Part shown: piece by piece, positions 13,281 to 28,369 of the stretch
Layout: each line of letters opens with the position of its first letter
Numbering within the stretch: the stretch's first letter is position 1
Assembly: GCA_950097015.1 (NCBI GenBank)
Contig: CATNEN010000002.1
Location: 5,890,001-5,954,000, forward strand
Length of the DNA: 64,000 nucleotides
Source: Macrostomum hystrix
Lineage: Eukaryota > Animalia > Platyhelminthes
Direction of reading: 5' to 3'
Program-made: the position numbers and the translations under genes
The notes under the pieces: model-generated
The model's input: only the letters and a program-made list of their open reading frames with translations
What the model was told of the DNA's origin: nothing
The model's database searches: none

Positions 13281-13829
13281 CCGCCTCATCTTCAAGTTTT
13301 TTTTACTATTTTCTAATTTCACCGATATTTTAGAAGATGAAAATGACGTTTGCAAAAGACCGTTTCGACAAGCAGTTCGATCCCAAGGCACCCAGAAATT
13401 CAACCTTAGCAACTAAAACTATTCAGCTATAAACACAATTCGTTTGGCTGTCCGATGCTGACTGGTGATAAAAAAGCTAAGCAAACTGACTTTGACAACT
13501 AGCCAGACAATGGGCCAGCCGTGGCTGCAATTTTTTTTCACCTGATGGTCTAAGCTGATTAGCGCACCAACTGATTTCAGGGATTTGTTTACGCTTGTGC
13601 TCCAAGCGACGAGAGTTTAAACAAAACAGAAAATGGAATTTTCTCATTAGTCGTATTTGATTTAGGAATCTCCGAATAAATCTTAGATTGTAAGGGCAGC
13701 AGCAAACGGCGGGGGATGTGGGAGAAAATGGTTGGCAAAGATTGACAGATCCGATGGGATCAAATGAGAGAAGAGAGGAATTGTGGAGGTGGCAATCAGG
13801 GAAGAAGGAATTTGAAAGAATAGGAATTG

Positions 13830-14290
13830 GGAACGGGGAACGGGGGGAAGAGGATAATCGGAGATTAGGGAATAGGGTAATTAGGTAAAAAAAGAATCTG
13901 GGAAGAGGAGAATATAGGAAGAGGGAAATTAGAGAAGATGGAAAGAAGGGAATAGGGGATTAGGATAGAGGGGAAGAGGGGAATCTGGGAATTCGGGAAT
14001 CGAGAAGAGGAGAAGAGGAAAATTTGTGAGGAGGGGAAGAGGGAATAGGAAAGAGGGGAATAGGGAAGATGGGAATAGGGAAGATGGGAATAGGGAAGAA
14101 GGGAATATCGAAGAGGGGAATAGGAAAGAGGGGAATAGGGAAGATGGGAATAGGGAAGATGGGAATAGGGAAGAGGGAATAGGGAAGGGGGGAATAGGGA
14201 AGAAGGGAATAGGGAAGAAGGGAATATCGAAGAGGGGAATAGGGAAGAGGGGAATACGCAAGATGGGAATAAGGAAGAGGGGAAGTGGGG
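13830..14290. repeat. GA-rich ~15-bp repeat (GGGAATAGGGAAGA[G/T])n
   Basis: Direct reading; degenerate 5' half. Confidence 0.9.
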
Positions 14291-15054
14291 AATGTAGTAG
14301 GTTAGAGTGGGCAGCTGTTGTCGCTTTTGCTAGCAATGTGACTGAAATCACCCAGCTCAATCGTGATTTTTAAGCATCCAATTTTTATGTGCATTTGTGG
14401 AACAGGCAATTTCTCCTATACCGATTGTAATTAACTGGTCTGCCCATTTCACAGCCTGCATCGCCTCTTGGCTGGTAAATCAGGCAAGCTAGCATCGCTC
14501 AATAATCTACTAAAAAAATTGACGAACTGGGGCCGCGTTAAATTCGGGATTCTAGGTCATAAAAGGAAATTGACTGTAATTACCCTGCATAGCTCTGCTG
14601 AGTGCTTTCAGGCCGATTAGAGTGGGTAAATGCTTTCTTGAAAATCTATTCAAATCTCTATTTTAATTTCAATATTGTTTGACCGCGTTGGGGCACATTT
14701 TTGACAGCGTTAAGTCTTCTCTCTCTCTCTTTCGCACACTCAAAAAAACACGGAGTTCCACTTTATCATAATTATTATTATCAGAGTCTTGCCTCAGAGC
14801 TTTCCACTTTGAAAAAAGGCCCCCCCTTTTAGGAGGCCGGTTTGAGTGTCGCGATTTCCGTGAAATCTGCAAAGGCAATTAGGCACTTCCTGGAATAAGG
14901 CAGGCCTGCTCTGAAATTTTGAACTTGTTCCACTGGCCTCATTCGGGTGGCTGCCTAGCTGTCTGCAGGAAATCTTCTCAAAAATTGGGCGCCACTTCCT
15001 CTGCAGTAACTGCCCCAGCCTTGCGCTTGACGCAGTAACCAGGCCATAACCAGA

Positions 15055-16160
<1,106 letters not shown>

Positions 16161-17317
16161 TTTGATTGATTGACAGATTGATGGATATATAAACAGGAAA
16201 TAGTTTTTTTTCTGTTCAGATGTCATAGAGGAAATTTATCCCATAAAAAAGCAATCGCGACTGTTCGCTGCGCACTCCCAGATCCCCAGAAAGCGGCTGT
16301 CTTGACACCCCATGGAGCCGGTGTCGCCGCCACTTTGCGCAAAAGACCGAAGAGTTTGCAACCCCCGCCGCAGCCCTCCTCCGTTAATGGCAGCGCGGCT
16401 CTCGCATGCGTTAGTTACAGCTGTGAGGAATAGCCGAGCCATATGCATTATTGCTTTCAGTTTTAAAGGCCTGTTTGCTATGAAAACACGCGGGGCTGAG
16501 AGGTGCCGTTGGGGCGGAGGTGGGCGGAGGTGGCCCGGTCCCAAATGCAGATGCATTAACTTCGGCACTCATTCGAAACCCGTGCGCGGCTCTCAGCTCT
16601 CCACCGCCTCCTCCCAGTTGTCTGTGCCGCTCTCCCCTTGAAGGCAATGACGCATTTCGGCCGGGCTAAAAGGCCTCTCACACTATGTATGCTAATGCCA
16701 ATCAAATGGAAAAGCGTTCGGAGAACCCCGAAATGCTAATGGGTTTTTAATCCGTTCTGCTTGAGTAATTAACAGGTTCCCAATCCTTGTCCGCGCCGTT
16801 AACAGCCCACCACCTCCAGCGAGACGCCACACCAATGCGCGCGGTCTCTAAGATTTTTCCCCTTCAATTTTCAAAGCTTTCAAAAGCTTTGAGACGTGCA
16901 ATCTATTGCTTTTAAAAGGGTCTTGTCTTTCCTGCGCTCACACTCTGTGCCTGATGACCGATCTCAGCTATCTAGTTAAGAATAGCTAGCTAGTAAAAAT
17001 AAGAATACAATCTACATTGTACATAATCTCCCTGCTTACAGAACAGACTCAAATATATATTCTCATTAAAAATCAATTTCACTCGCCCGTTTCTGCTGTT
17101 TGTTCGTCGTTATAAAAAAACGTTTGGCGGAAATTCGTAGAGATTGGACGCAATTTGAGGATAACCGACTCAGCCGGACGGGAAAAATTTGAGAACTGAA
17201 CAAACAGAAATCTATAGGCTGCTATTTGAGTTCAGCTCAGGCTATCAATTTGGCTCGACTCTGTAGAGCTGTACTCTGCACTGGATTGATAGATAGTTCA
17301 GACTGAAATAGTGTAAC

Positions 17318-17955
17318 GGGAGAGAGTGACAATGGGAGAGAGTGACAATGGGAGAGAGTGACAATGGGAGAGAGTGACAATGGGAGAGAGTGACAATGGG
17401 AGAGAGTGACAATGGGAGAGAGTGACAATGGGAGAGAGTGACAATGGGAGAGAGTGACAATGGGAGAGAGTGACAATGGGAGAGAGTGACAATCGAAGAG
17501 AGTGACAATGGGAGAGAGTGACAATCGAAGAGAGTGACAATCGAAGAGAGTGACAATGGGAGAGAGTGACAATGGGAGAGAGTGACAATGGGAGAGAGTG
17601 ACAATGGGAGAGAGTGACAATGGGAGAGAGTGACAATGGGAGACAGAGACAATGGGAGAGAGTGACAATGGGAGAGAGTGACAATGGGAGAGAGTGACAA
17701 TGGGAGAGAGTGACAATGGGAGAGAGTGACAATGGGAGAGAGTGACAATGGGAGACAGAGACAATGGGAGAGAGTGACAATCGAAGAGAGTGACAATGGG
17801 AGAGAGTGACAATGGGAGAGAGTGACAATGGGAGAGAGTGACAATGGGAGACAGAGACAATGGGAGAGAGTGACAATGGGAGAGAGTGACAATGGGAGAG
17901 AGTGACAATGGGAGAGAGTGACAATGGGAGAGAGTGACAATGGGGGAGAGTGACA
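17318..17955. repeat. 16-bp minisatellite (GGGAGAGAGTGACAAT)n
   Basis: Tandem units. Confidence 0.97.
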
Positions 17956-18611
17956 GAGAAAGATGAGCGAATCGGGGGAGGAACTATAACTAGTAGAGCA
18001 GCTAGACCAGGTGCCTCATTTTGATTGAGTGTAACTTCAGATTGAGCCACAGTCAGTGACTTATCAATGGTTATCAATCCATGCCTGGGAGAGTTCCAAT
18101 CAGAAAAATTTGGCGGACAGTTACCTGTCATGGGACAGCCCCAGCCGGCCTTAACTAGCGTTTGTCTTCAGGTAAATATTGTCACACACTGCTCGCGCGC
18201 GCACACACACACACACTGAGTATAGTTAATTATGTCGGGGAGGCTGGGAGAGCTGCGAAATGAGATGAAGTCAGAATGGCTGCCATTTTCTGAGTTCCTT
18301 ACTCGCCTGTGACATGCTTAGAATAAGTGCGGCGCACAGACATGCCAGCCAATTAATTACGCACTAGCCGGCGACGGAGGGTGGCTTGGCCCGGGGTTTG
18401 AAAGCAAAGCTAATTAAACAAATTAATTAGCTGGCTGCAGTTGGGGAGGTGGGCAGGTGCCGAGTTCATGTAACTGCCCCGACTGCCCCCAACTTGGCAA
18501 ATTAATTAGCGTACTGCATTTCACCGACTCAAGGAAACAATGGGGAATAATGAGATTAGAAATACTGCGAGATGAGGCAAATATGACATTTAAAAAGATA
18601 GGAGAAATAGT

Positions 18612-19085
18612 GAGATGGGAGAAATGGAGACATGGGAGAAATGGGGACATGGGAGAAATGGGGACATGGGAGAAATGGAGAAATGGGAGAAATGGGGACA
18701 TGGGAGAAATGGGAACATGGGAGAAATGGGGACATGGGAGAAATGGAGAAATGGGTGAAATGGGGACATGGGAGAAATGGGGAGATGAGAGAAATGGGGA
18801 AATGGGGAGATGGGAGAAATGAGGAAATGGGGAGATGGGAGAAATGGGAACATGGGAGAAATGAGGAAATGGGGACATGGGAGAAATGGGAACATGGGAG
18901 AAATGGGGACATGGGAGAAATGGGGACATGGGAGAAATGGGGACATGGGAGAAATGGGGAGATGAGAGAAATGGGAACATGGGGAGATGGGAGAAATGAG
19001 GAAATGGGAAGATGGGAGAAATGGGTATATGGGGAAATGGGAGAAACGGCGAGATGAGAGAAACGGGGAGATCAGGGAGAATAGA
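18612..19085. repeat. 17-bp minisatellite (GGGAGAAATGGGGACAT)n
   Basis: Tandem units. Confidence 0.95.
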
Positions 19086-19742
19086 GACGGGGACCCGGAT
19101 GTAGATTTTTGTTCTCAAGTTGAGCTAAATCATAAGTAATATCATAAAATGTGCAAATAAAATGTTAAAAAAATTCAACGAAGTACTGAATCTCAGTGTC
19201 TCGCTTAAACAGGCAAATTTATATATTTATAATTTAAGTCTGCCTTTAAAAGTTGCGGGTGATGAACAATATACTTCTGCAAGTCAAAAGAAAGAGTTTT
19301 TAGAGGCATTCCATTTCAGGGATTGGATAGGACGAAATCGCATCTGACAAAAATTTATCCCACTTAAAAATACTACCTTTGGGCCATTGTTAACAGTGAA
19401 ATTAAATAGAGAACTTTGAAAATTTAAGATCATTAAAAAATTGGGAGCGATGAGAAGTGTCAAACAATTTGAGGACTTCAATTAGCAGATTTACAAGCCA
19501 TGAATTTGAACGAAATCTCCTAAAGGGGCTGCAGTATGTACAGTCTCAGATCAGTTGGGAGCAAAACAAACACCAGAGGGACTCTTTGTGTACAAGGCGA
19601 CTGGGTGTGGAGAGAGAGCGCAAGTATGTGATAAATATAATTGGTGAATATTTCAGCGAGTGTCATCAGGGAATGAAGTAAGTCAGTCAGCTAAGCGTCC
19701 TTCGCAGGTGCTCTGATAAAGAAATTGCTTTATATTTGTGGA

Positions 19743-19784
19743 CTAGCAAACTGGTTGTAAGTGGGCTGTCTGATTTGCGGTTGC

Positions 19785-19837
<53 letters not shown>

Positions 19838-20118
19838 TCTGCGTTGGCTGCTTCTTCTTGCCTCCGCCCCGCTTGGTGCCTGCCGTTGCTTGGCCCGTCG
19901 GCTGCTGCTGCTGAGAGCCGAACACTTTGGCAAAGTCGCCCTCGCACACGGGAAGGCCGTTGGCGATTGCGTAGCGATCCCCCGGCTGCAGCTGCGAGTT
20001 GCACTGCGAGCAGACGAAACAGTTGACGTGGTAGACTTTGTTGTGCGAGCGGAGCACGAACTCGGTGGCGGGAATGTGCATCGAGCAGCCGGAGCAGGTG
20101 CCCTGACTGCCGAACATC
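19743..20118 (-). CDS. LMO4: LIM-domain-only protein (LMO4-like), coding exon 3 (LIM2, poly-Q, stop)
   Basis: Acceptor CAG|G ATG at 20118 completes the AA|G codon from exon 2. LIM2 ligands CSGC...HVNCFVCSQC...CEGD; 17 Gln; ends QPVC* (vertebrate LMO4 ends QKVC as I recall). Confidence 0.9.
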
Positions 20119-20273
20119 CTGACGACAGGCGGTGGGGAAAATCGATATTGGAAGTTGCCAAAAGAAGACTAGCGATGATGCTGCTAGCATACAAATGGAC
20201 TTTTATAAACACGTTTCTTAATAATCGTGGCGTAAGAAATATTTGAGTTGTTTGATAAAGGTGGCTGGAATGA

Positions 20274-21755
20274 GTGTGAGGGTCTTGTGCGGTGAAGGGT
20301 TTGGGGTACTGAATGAGGGTCTTGTGCGGTGAAGGGTTTGGGGTACTGAGTGAGGGTCTTGTGCGGTGAAGGGTTTGGGGTACTGAGTGAGGGTCTTGTG
20401 CGGTGAAGGGTCTGGGGTACTGAATGAAGGTCTTGTGCGGTGAAGGGCTTGGGGTACTGAATGAGGGTCTTGTGCGGTGAAGGGTTTGGGGTACTGAGTG
20501 AGGGTCTTGTGCGGTGAAGGGTTTGGGGTACTGAATGAAGGTCTTGTGCGGTGAAGGGTTTGGGGTACTGAGTGAGGGTCTTGTGCGGTGAAGGGTTTGG
20601 GGTACTGAGTGAGGGTCTTGTGCGGTGAAGGGTTTGGGGGTACTGAATGTGGGTCTTGTGCGGTGAAGGGTTTGGGGTACTGAGTGAGGGTCTTGTGCGG
20701 TGAAGGGTTTGGGGGTACTGAGTGAGGGTCTTGTGCGGTGAAGGGTTTGGGGTACTGAATGAAGGTCTTGTGCGGTGAAGGGTTTGGGGTACTGAATGTG
20801 GGTCTTGTGCGGTGAAGGGTTTGGGGTACTGAGTGAGGGTCTTGTGCGGTGAAGGGTTTGGGGTACTGAGTGAGGGTCTTGTGCGGTGAAGGGTTTGGGG
20901 GTACTGAATGTGGGTCTTGTGCGGTGAAGGGTTTGGGGTACTGAGTGAGGGTCTTGTGCGGTGAAGGGTTTGGGGGTACTGAGTGAGGGTCTTGTGCGGT
21001 GAAGGGTTTGGGGTACTGAATGTGGGTCTTGTGCGGTGAAGGGTTTGGGGTACTGAGTGAGGGTCTTGTGCGGTGAAGGGTTTGGGGGTACTGAGTGAGG
21101 GTCTTGTGCGGTGAAGGGTTTGGGGTACTGAGTGAGGGTCTTGTGCGGTGAAGGGTTTGGGGGTACTGAGTGAGGGTCTTGTGCGGTGAAGGGTTTGGGG
21201 TACTGAGTGAGGGTCTTGTGCGGTGAAGGGTTTGGGGTACTGAATGTGGGTCTTGTGCGGTGAAGGGTTTGGGGTACTGAGTGAGGGTCTTGTGCGGTGA
21301 AGGGTTTGGGGTACTGAGTGAGGGTCTTGTGCGGTGAAGGGTTTGGGGTACTGAATGTGGGTCTTGTGCGGTGAAGGGTTTGGGGTACTGAGTGAGGGTC
21401 TTGTGCGGTGAAGGGTTTGGGGTACTGAATGTGGGTCTTGTGCGGTGAAGGGTTTGGGGTACTGAGTGAGGGTCTTGTGCGGTGAAGGGTTTGGGGTACT
21501 GAATGTGGGTCTTGTGCGGTGAAGGGTTTGGGGTACTGAGTGAGGGTCTTGTGCGGTGAAGGGTTTGGGGTACTGAGTGAGGGTCTTGTGCGGTGAAGGG
21601 TTTGGGGTACTGAATGTGGGTCTTGTGCGGTGAAGGGTTTGGGGGTACTGAGTGAGGGTCTTGTGCGGTGAAGGGTTTGGGGTGCTGAGTGAGGGTCTTG
21701 TGCGGTGAAGGGTTTGGGGTACTGAGTAAGAGTTTTGTAGGGGAAGGGTTTGGGT
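20274..21755. repeat. 37/38-bp G-rich minisatellite (GGGTCTTGTGCGGTGAAGGGTTTGGGGTACTGAGTGA)n in LMO intron 2
   Basis: Tandem units. Confidence 0.97.
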
Positions 21756-22759
21756 TGGCTGCCGAGCGGAATAAAACAACGCATCGATCTCTATCTTTCA
21801 CGCAATGAATTATTTTCCCAACCGTCTGTTAAGATCCAAAATTTAGATGACGCAAATACTGACTTAGTATTTGCAGAAAATTAGGCAAAGAGCAGCAGAA
21901 TTAGACAAAGAGATATAAACTTTGATAACGAGTCTCTAAAAAACCCATTCTGTACAATAGATAATCAAGCCGAACAGTCATCTTGGCACGATGAAACACA
22001 ATGGTCGCTTATCTGGGATCGATCAATGAGTCCTCGGTGCTCAATGCCAGTCATTGGATTGTCATAAACGTAGCTTCAGTGGGGAAATTTCGATTGGGGA
22101 GAGTCATCAGGGAAATTAGGAAAATTGCTAAACAGGAAGATGGGAGCAGCTCTAATATAATTAGCGTAGACTGATTAGCCCGGTAATTAGGCAATTTCAG
22201 GCTATTTATATGGATGTGTATAAAGTCAGAGCTAGAGCATAACTATGCCCCTATCTATTGCAGAGAGGCAGCAGGACCCGCGCAATCATTAAAGTTAATT
22301 GCCCGCAGCCAGATCCCGCAGAATGCTGGCTGAACAGCAAAACTGAAATGCATCCACTACGGCAAAGAGTGCAGTTTTTTGCCGCGGAGTTGTTGCGTAT
22401 AGAGCTCTATTATAAACTATTTTGCCGGATAGATGGTCTCAAAGTGTGCTCAGAATTCACTTAGCCACGGGGAACGCCACTCTAGAACTGTTTCTTTATT
22501 TCAGTTTTATTGGGAAATGATATGGGGAGCGGGGGGACAGGATAAATAAGGATAAATTCGATTTGACGATCGGGGGATTATTAGATAAGTGGTTTAGGAT
22601 CTGCAAAGAATTGGGATCATGGTCTTGAGAATTACACAACCCAGTCATTTCTGCTTGTGGAATTAGAACTGAAACAAACTGAGTAGGACAGGTATTTTAC
22701 TTGATTTTATTCAAATTTTGTTGATCAAACTGTTTCGTAGCCTTTTTAAAACTATCAAA

Positions 22760-23195
22760 GTTGAGTCTCGTAAATCTCAGACTGTACTCAAAGTTGAGTC
22801 TCGTGAATCTTAGACTGTACTCAAAGTTCAGTCTCGTGAATCTCAGACTGTACTCAAAGTTCAGTCTCGTGAATCTTAGACTGTACTCAAAGTTCAGTCT
22901 CGTGAATCTCAGACTGTACTCAAAGTTCAGTCTCGTGAATCTCAGACTGTACTCAAAGTTCAGTCTCGTGAATCTCAGACTGTACTCAAAGTTCAGTCTC
23001 GTGAATCTTAGACTGTACTCAAAGTTCAGTCTCGTGAATCTCAGACTGTACTCAAAGTTCAGTCTCGTGAATCTTAGACTGTACTCAAAGTTGAGTCTCG
23101 TGAATCTCAGAATGTACTCAAAGTTGAGTCTCGTGAATCTCAGACTGTACTCAAAGTTGAGTCTCGTGAATCTCAGACTGTTGTACTCAAAGTTT
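22760..23195. repeat. 33-bp minisatellite (CAGTCTCGTGAATCTCAGACTGTACTCAAAGTT)n
   Basis: Tandem units with no spacers. Confidence 0.97.
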
Positions 23196-23991
23196 CTATA
23201 CCGTGGATGTCAGCTTTCTCTTTTCGCATTGTTCTTAGCTCTTGAACTTAAACTCAGTGGCAACGATGCTAGATTAAAAAAACTGTATATAGAATCCTAA
23301 AATGTTCCAATCCCAACAGACAAATCCCAATCCATAGTTCAGTGTCGTTTCTCCTTCTGTCTTCCCAGCTGGGTGCACTGGCTTGTTAAAACTCCCGTGG
23401 CCTCGTTAATCAATTTCTTTCTCTGCCTGATTAAATTTTGCAGTCGTGAGCTAGATCTGATGTTCAATTAAGAAGCACTTCCTAGCAATTAGAGTTGTTT
23501 GCAATTCTGTCTCGTATTTTTGTGTGTAGATCCTTGATACAAGCTAAATTATTTTAGCCAACTAATACTGTAATTGCTGTACAGACTTCGTCATCATCAT
23601 CTTCTCCATCATCATCCAGCGAGGTGGGCATCGCGAGCTTGTTTTTGCGTGCCTCTCTGAGTGTGTGTGAGCAGTTTTAGTGAGGACTGAGCGCGCTGCA
23701 CAGCCTGCTTAATTAAATACTGGTACCAGCATGAGACAGAACTCAGTAATTAGATCCACGCATGCTCATTGCGCTCGGGATCTGAGTGGGCGATGGGAAA
23801 GCAAAGATTGGAATTAAATTGAAGGCCGCGATTTTTTGGGAAAAAACTCCCCTGCAATCCCCCTGTAAAGATCATTCGGATTGTTCAGTGTTCAGGTACA
23901 GGGAACAGGATGATGTTGTAAAAATGCTATCTAATTAATTTGCTCAAGTAGTCGGGTACTTTATATTGCTGGTTGAAAAATGCACACTCAC

Positions 23992-24214
23992 TTGAGATAG
24001 TCGTTTCGGCACAGGATCAAGCCGCTGCGAGAGTAGCAGGAGTCGCCGAGGTCGCAGAGGGCGCAGCCGCACTGGTGACACTTAAGGCAGCGGGTGTGCC
24101 AGCAGCGGTCCACGGCCTGCAGAAGGAACTGCTCTGTGATCTGGCAGCCACAGCCGGCGCACCAGGTGACACCTCCCGGCATCGACATCGCCATTGAGTG
24201 ATGCGAAGGATTGC
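23992..24214 (-). CDS. LMO4: LMO4-like coding exon 2 (LIM1)
   Basis: Acceptor CACGCAG|GC at 24214; donor CTC AA|GTGAGT at 23992. WCAGC...DRCWHTRCLKCHQC...LCDLGDSCYSRSGLILCRNDYL closely resembles LMO4 LIM1. Confidence 0.92.
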
Positions 24215-24265
24215 CTGCGTGATTTGGGTTTGGAGTTTGGTTAGTAGAAGCGTGGTTAATAGTGG

Positions 24266-24606
24266 ACACTGATGATACCATGGTACATGAGGCACGCACT
24301 GATGATACCAAGGTACAGGAGACACGCACTGATGATACCAAGGTACATGAGACACGCACTGATGATACCAAGGTACAGGAGACACGCACTGATGATACCA
24401 AGGTACATGAGACACGCACTGATGATACCAAGGTACAGGAGACACGCACTGATGATACCAAGGTACATGAGACACGCACTGATGATACCAAGGTACAGGA
24501 GACACGCACTGATGATACCAAGGTACATGAGACACGCACTGATGATACCAAGGTACAGGAGACACGCACTGATGATACCAAGGTACATGAGACACGCACT
24601 GAGACA
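24266..24606. repeat. 30-bp minisatellite organised as an exact 60-bp dimer (…GGTACAGGAGACAC… / …GGTACATGAGACAC…)
   Basis: Lines 24301, 24361, 24421, 24481 and 24541 are identical. Confidence 0.98.
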
Positions 24607-27600
24607 CGTTCATACTTGTTCACTATCGGTCATGCACCATGCTAGCTATCTCATTCGAGAAGGAAGAATGAAGCAAATATCTACAAAACATAATTGTAAC
24701 ATCGCATGAACAGGAGACAGGAGAAAGTAGAAGGTTAAGGATAGAGGCAAATTAAGGAACTAAGAGAGCGGAGTAGCAAAAAATAGACCTGGCGGTCCCG
24801 TTAGTTAGGAAATTATGCGGAACCTGTAATTGAAGCAATTTTCGGCAGGCTGTGCAGCAGCCCCATCCATCCAGCTGGGTGTGTTTTTAAGTTTTCCCTC
24901 CTTCCCTCCTCCTCCCTCATTTTTACCTGGAGAGGCCTCCCCAGCGCTCGGTCGGCACTCAGGGCGGCGGGGGGCGCCAAGTCGTACAAACAGGCCCCCT
25001 TTCGCTCATTTTCTCGCGCCCCGTAGCCCAGTTGCCGAGGGTAACCCGATACTAATTGCGTTAATTTGGACACTGGGGTGGGAGCTGCGAGAGAGTGAGA
25101 GGAACTGGGAAGGAGAAGCGAAAGTAGATGCAGAAAAATAGAGCAAACGTGGACTTGGAGCACCAAAAAGCATCAGCAGCGGAGTGGAGAGGGAGAAGGG
25201 GGGCAGTGGGGATTCAGTGGAAACACATTAATTACACGGACGGCCGGACATGGGACAGGGCGAGAGTAATTGAAAGTAAAGAGAGAGAAAATATAAGAAA
25301 AAAGAGAGAAGTGGGAGAGTCGAGAGGCAAATGAGGTTGGCAAAGGGAAGCAAGCGATGGAAGAGTCGGATTTGGAGGCCGGTTTGGTTTGGGAGTATTC
25401 TTGCAGGAAAGGGAGCAGAAGAAAACTCCACTTTCTCCCATTTCTCCCTCTCGCATCTGTGTCCCCCCAAATCCCAATCTGTAGCATTTCATGCAATTAT
25501 TTCGACATCAATTAAGACACACGTCTCGGCCCGGTGGCCAAGATTGGGAGAAGGGAGTGATTTTGGGGGAGATGGGGAAGCAGCCCTTCTGTGTCTAATT
25601 AAGTATTGACCCCCCGTCCGCTCCCAAGCGCCCACCCCACTCCTCAGGCCATCCAGTGGCCTGCTTTATTAACCTCACTGGTCCACCCAGGCCCCCCACC
25701 TACCAAGCCAAATCTTGCTGACTCCGAAATTTTTAATTAGCATCATTAGGCTCGCGGGGTGGAGTGAGACAGGCTTTAGTTTGACTCTTGTTCCGATTTC
25801 TCTGTGCCGCTTTCTCGTATATTGTATCGCCGGGTACGCTCGTACTCTACGCCCCGCACTGATGACACAATGCTTGCGGATCACGTCATGCGCTATGTAC
25901 ATTCGAATGTACAAATCTGTGTCTTCGGCAGGTCGTGGCTGTCGCAGCTCAAGCCCGGGCCTGTGAGGCAATTAGCCACCCACGAGAGGCGAGAAATTCA
26001 CCCTCTCCCCCTCCCTGTCCATGTCATGCTATCACAACTGTTTGCTCAGACTGGGGCCAGATTAAGGTTGGGGTGGCTGGCCAGAATAAACAGGCCTAAT
26101 TAATGGCTCTGCAATCGCCAGCCCGCCACCCCTCCGGTCCCTATGTTTGTGCGGGCATAGCAGGACAGCCGCCCCCGAGCCCTTAACACACAACCCGGCC
26201 GGCATATATATACACACGCGAGGGTAAACAAACTGGTCAAAATCGCAATTAAATGGCCCCCCAACAGCCGGCCAGTGGGCCTGCCTGCAGCGGAGAGAAA
26301 TTTCATTCATTTATTTCATTGGTTATGGAAAGCTGGAAAAACTAAGCAAAGCCGCCCGTTAAGAGAGACGCATCCTAAGCTGCTGCTGCTGCTGCTGCCG
26401 CTTCTAACCCGGCAGCGTCTCTTGCTTGCTGCCATGTTTGCCCAAGTCGTGGCAAAGCCACGCAAGCAAATTGGCCCAATAATTGCCTTGGAACACCGCG
26501 GAGTCTGCCTGGGCTCAGGAGGGGTAGGTGGGCAATTTTCGCCGGACTATTGTTGACTGTGTTTTTCCTTCCCTACTTCCTTCCTTATTTTTTGCCTTCA
26601 TTTCAACCTGCATAACAAGCTTCCGTGGGCGGTCGCAGGTGAGGCGGCGACCTCAGCTGCTGCTGACTTCCATCTACAATTTCTCAGTTTAGCTGGCTCT
26701 AGCAGCATAGAGCAAATTTGTAGAAAATCTACACAATTTCGCAAATTGATTGATCAATTAAGTCGTTGGAGGGCCAGGCAGGAAAAGATGGGGCCAGAAA
26801 ATTGGTTCGACGGCTTAAAGGCTTACAGAGGAGGTCCGGAATGCAATCCAATCTACACTTTGCCAATCCCTGCACTGGAGCCATAAGCGTGGGATAATCC
26901 GCCTCCAAGTTCTACCGGGCGGCCGTCGGTTGCCCCAGAGGTCGCAGCGGCAGCACTTTAATTTTGCACAACACGACACGTATTCAATTCAATCCGACTG
27001 CACATCAAAACGCATTTTTCGATTTTTCGGGCCTAATCCCCCCTGCCCACACCCTCCTCCTCCTGCTCCCCTTTCTCTCTTCCCCATTGAAATCCCAATC
27101 GTTGCCGATAATCCTTAATCGAATTTCGGCATCTATAAGCGCACAGCTGCCTTTCCTTCAGCCAGGCGGATTAACAGATTGGGCCATAGAGCGGCAATTG
27201 TGAGCCACGGATTCGGCGCTGGCGAAAGGAGGATCCGTCATCAATTCCAAGATATCCCCCATTTTTTTATCCCCAAGCCGATGATAATAATAATAATAAT
27301 AATAATGTCAGTCCCGGGATCACATAAAACTGCGTCTATATTAGCTGATTGGGATTAACTGTTGAGCAAACTGTTAACTGTTGAGTACAATCCAGCCTAC
27401 TATGAATAGCCCCAGGCTAGCCCCATGCACGCAGGGCAGGACAGATGGGAAAACAGTTGTGCCGTACACGTGTGTGGGAGATTTGACCCTGGTAGTCTGC
27501 AGCTGATTGGCAATGTCCGCCCGGCCTCAAACGCGTGTCACTCTGAGCCACACACATCTGATGGGAAGGGCAGATGGAGGGGTGTGATACGGCGGGCAGT

Positions 27601-28369
27601 TTGGGATAAATAAGTTTTTAATTAAGGGTGCCCTCCGCTCTCCCATCTCCGGGTCATAATTGCTCCCAATTATTAAATATGCATAGGCAGGCGCGGGCCT
27701 TAGCAAATATTAACTCCATCGAGTTTCACTTCCTCAATCCATCCGACCCCCATATTACCTTTCACCCTGATCCTACCCGGCCCTTGCAATTCCACCCGTG
27801 GGACAAATACCGTTTGGCAATTAAGCTCGCTAATGCTTTCCCACCACTCCCCTCCTTTCCTCTCTCTCGTCTATGCAGTGTTCCGCAATGAAGTATATTA
27901 GAGAAGGACGGAGGTGGGGGCGGGAGGAGTGGATCGCCGAATGCTTCGGGATTGGAACTTCAGGGCTTCAGGGCGGGTTGGGGAGGGGACTTTTAATTAA
28001 GCCGAGCGCGGCATCGCAACCCTCAAGCCGCCCCTCCTCACCGCCCTGAAATCCCCTCTAAAGTGTACTGCGCCCCCAACCTCCAATTATCTTCGCTCTC
28101 TTCCACTTCCTTTTGAGGAGAAGAAACGAGCCCCATTAAAAACCGACTGCAATCGGTACAGCTAGAGGGGAGAGGCCAGGCCACTCAATTTAGCCATGCC
28201 ACTTCGGTTCCAGCTGCGTGGTCTGCGACCCTGTGAACCAACGATTCATGTTTCTGTTCATCTTTGATCCTTTTGATCTTCTTTGGTACTGGTAAAAAGA
28301 TAACCAGTGACCCTCTAAAGGTCGTTGAAAGGAGTGCTTTAGACTCAGCAACGAGGAATGTTGAAACGA

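Noticed and set aside
22760-23195. CRISPR-like 33-bp palindromic repeat
   Set aside because: Units are contiguous with no unique spacers, there are no cas genes, and the context is a eukaryotic intron.
26300-26435. ATG-initiated MAASKRRC... as an alternative LMO first exon
   Set aside because: No phase-1 GT donor was found to join it to the 24214 acceptor.
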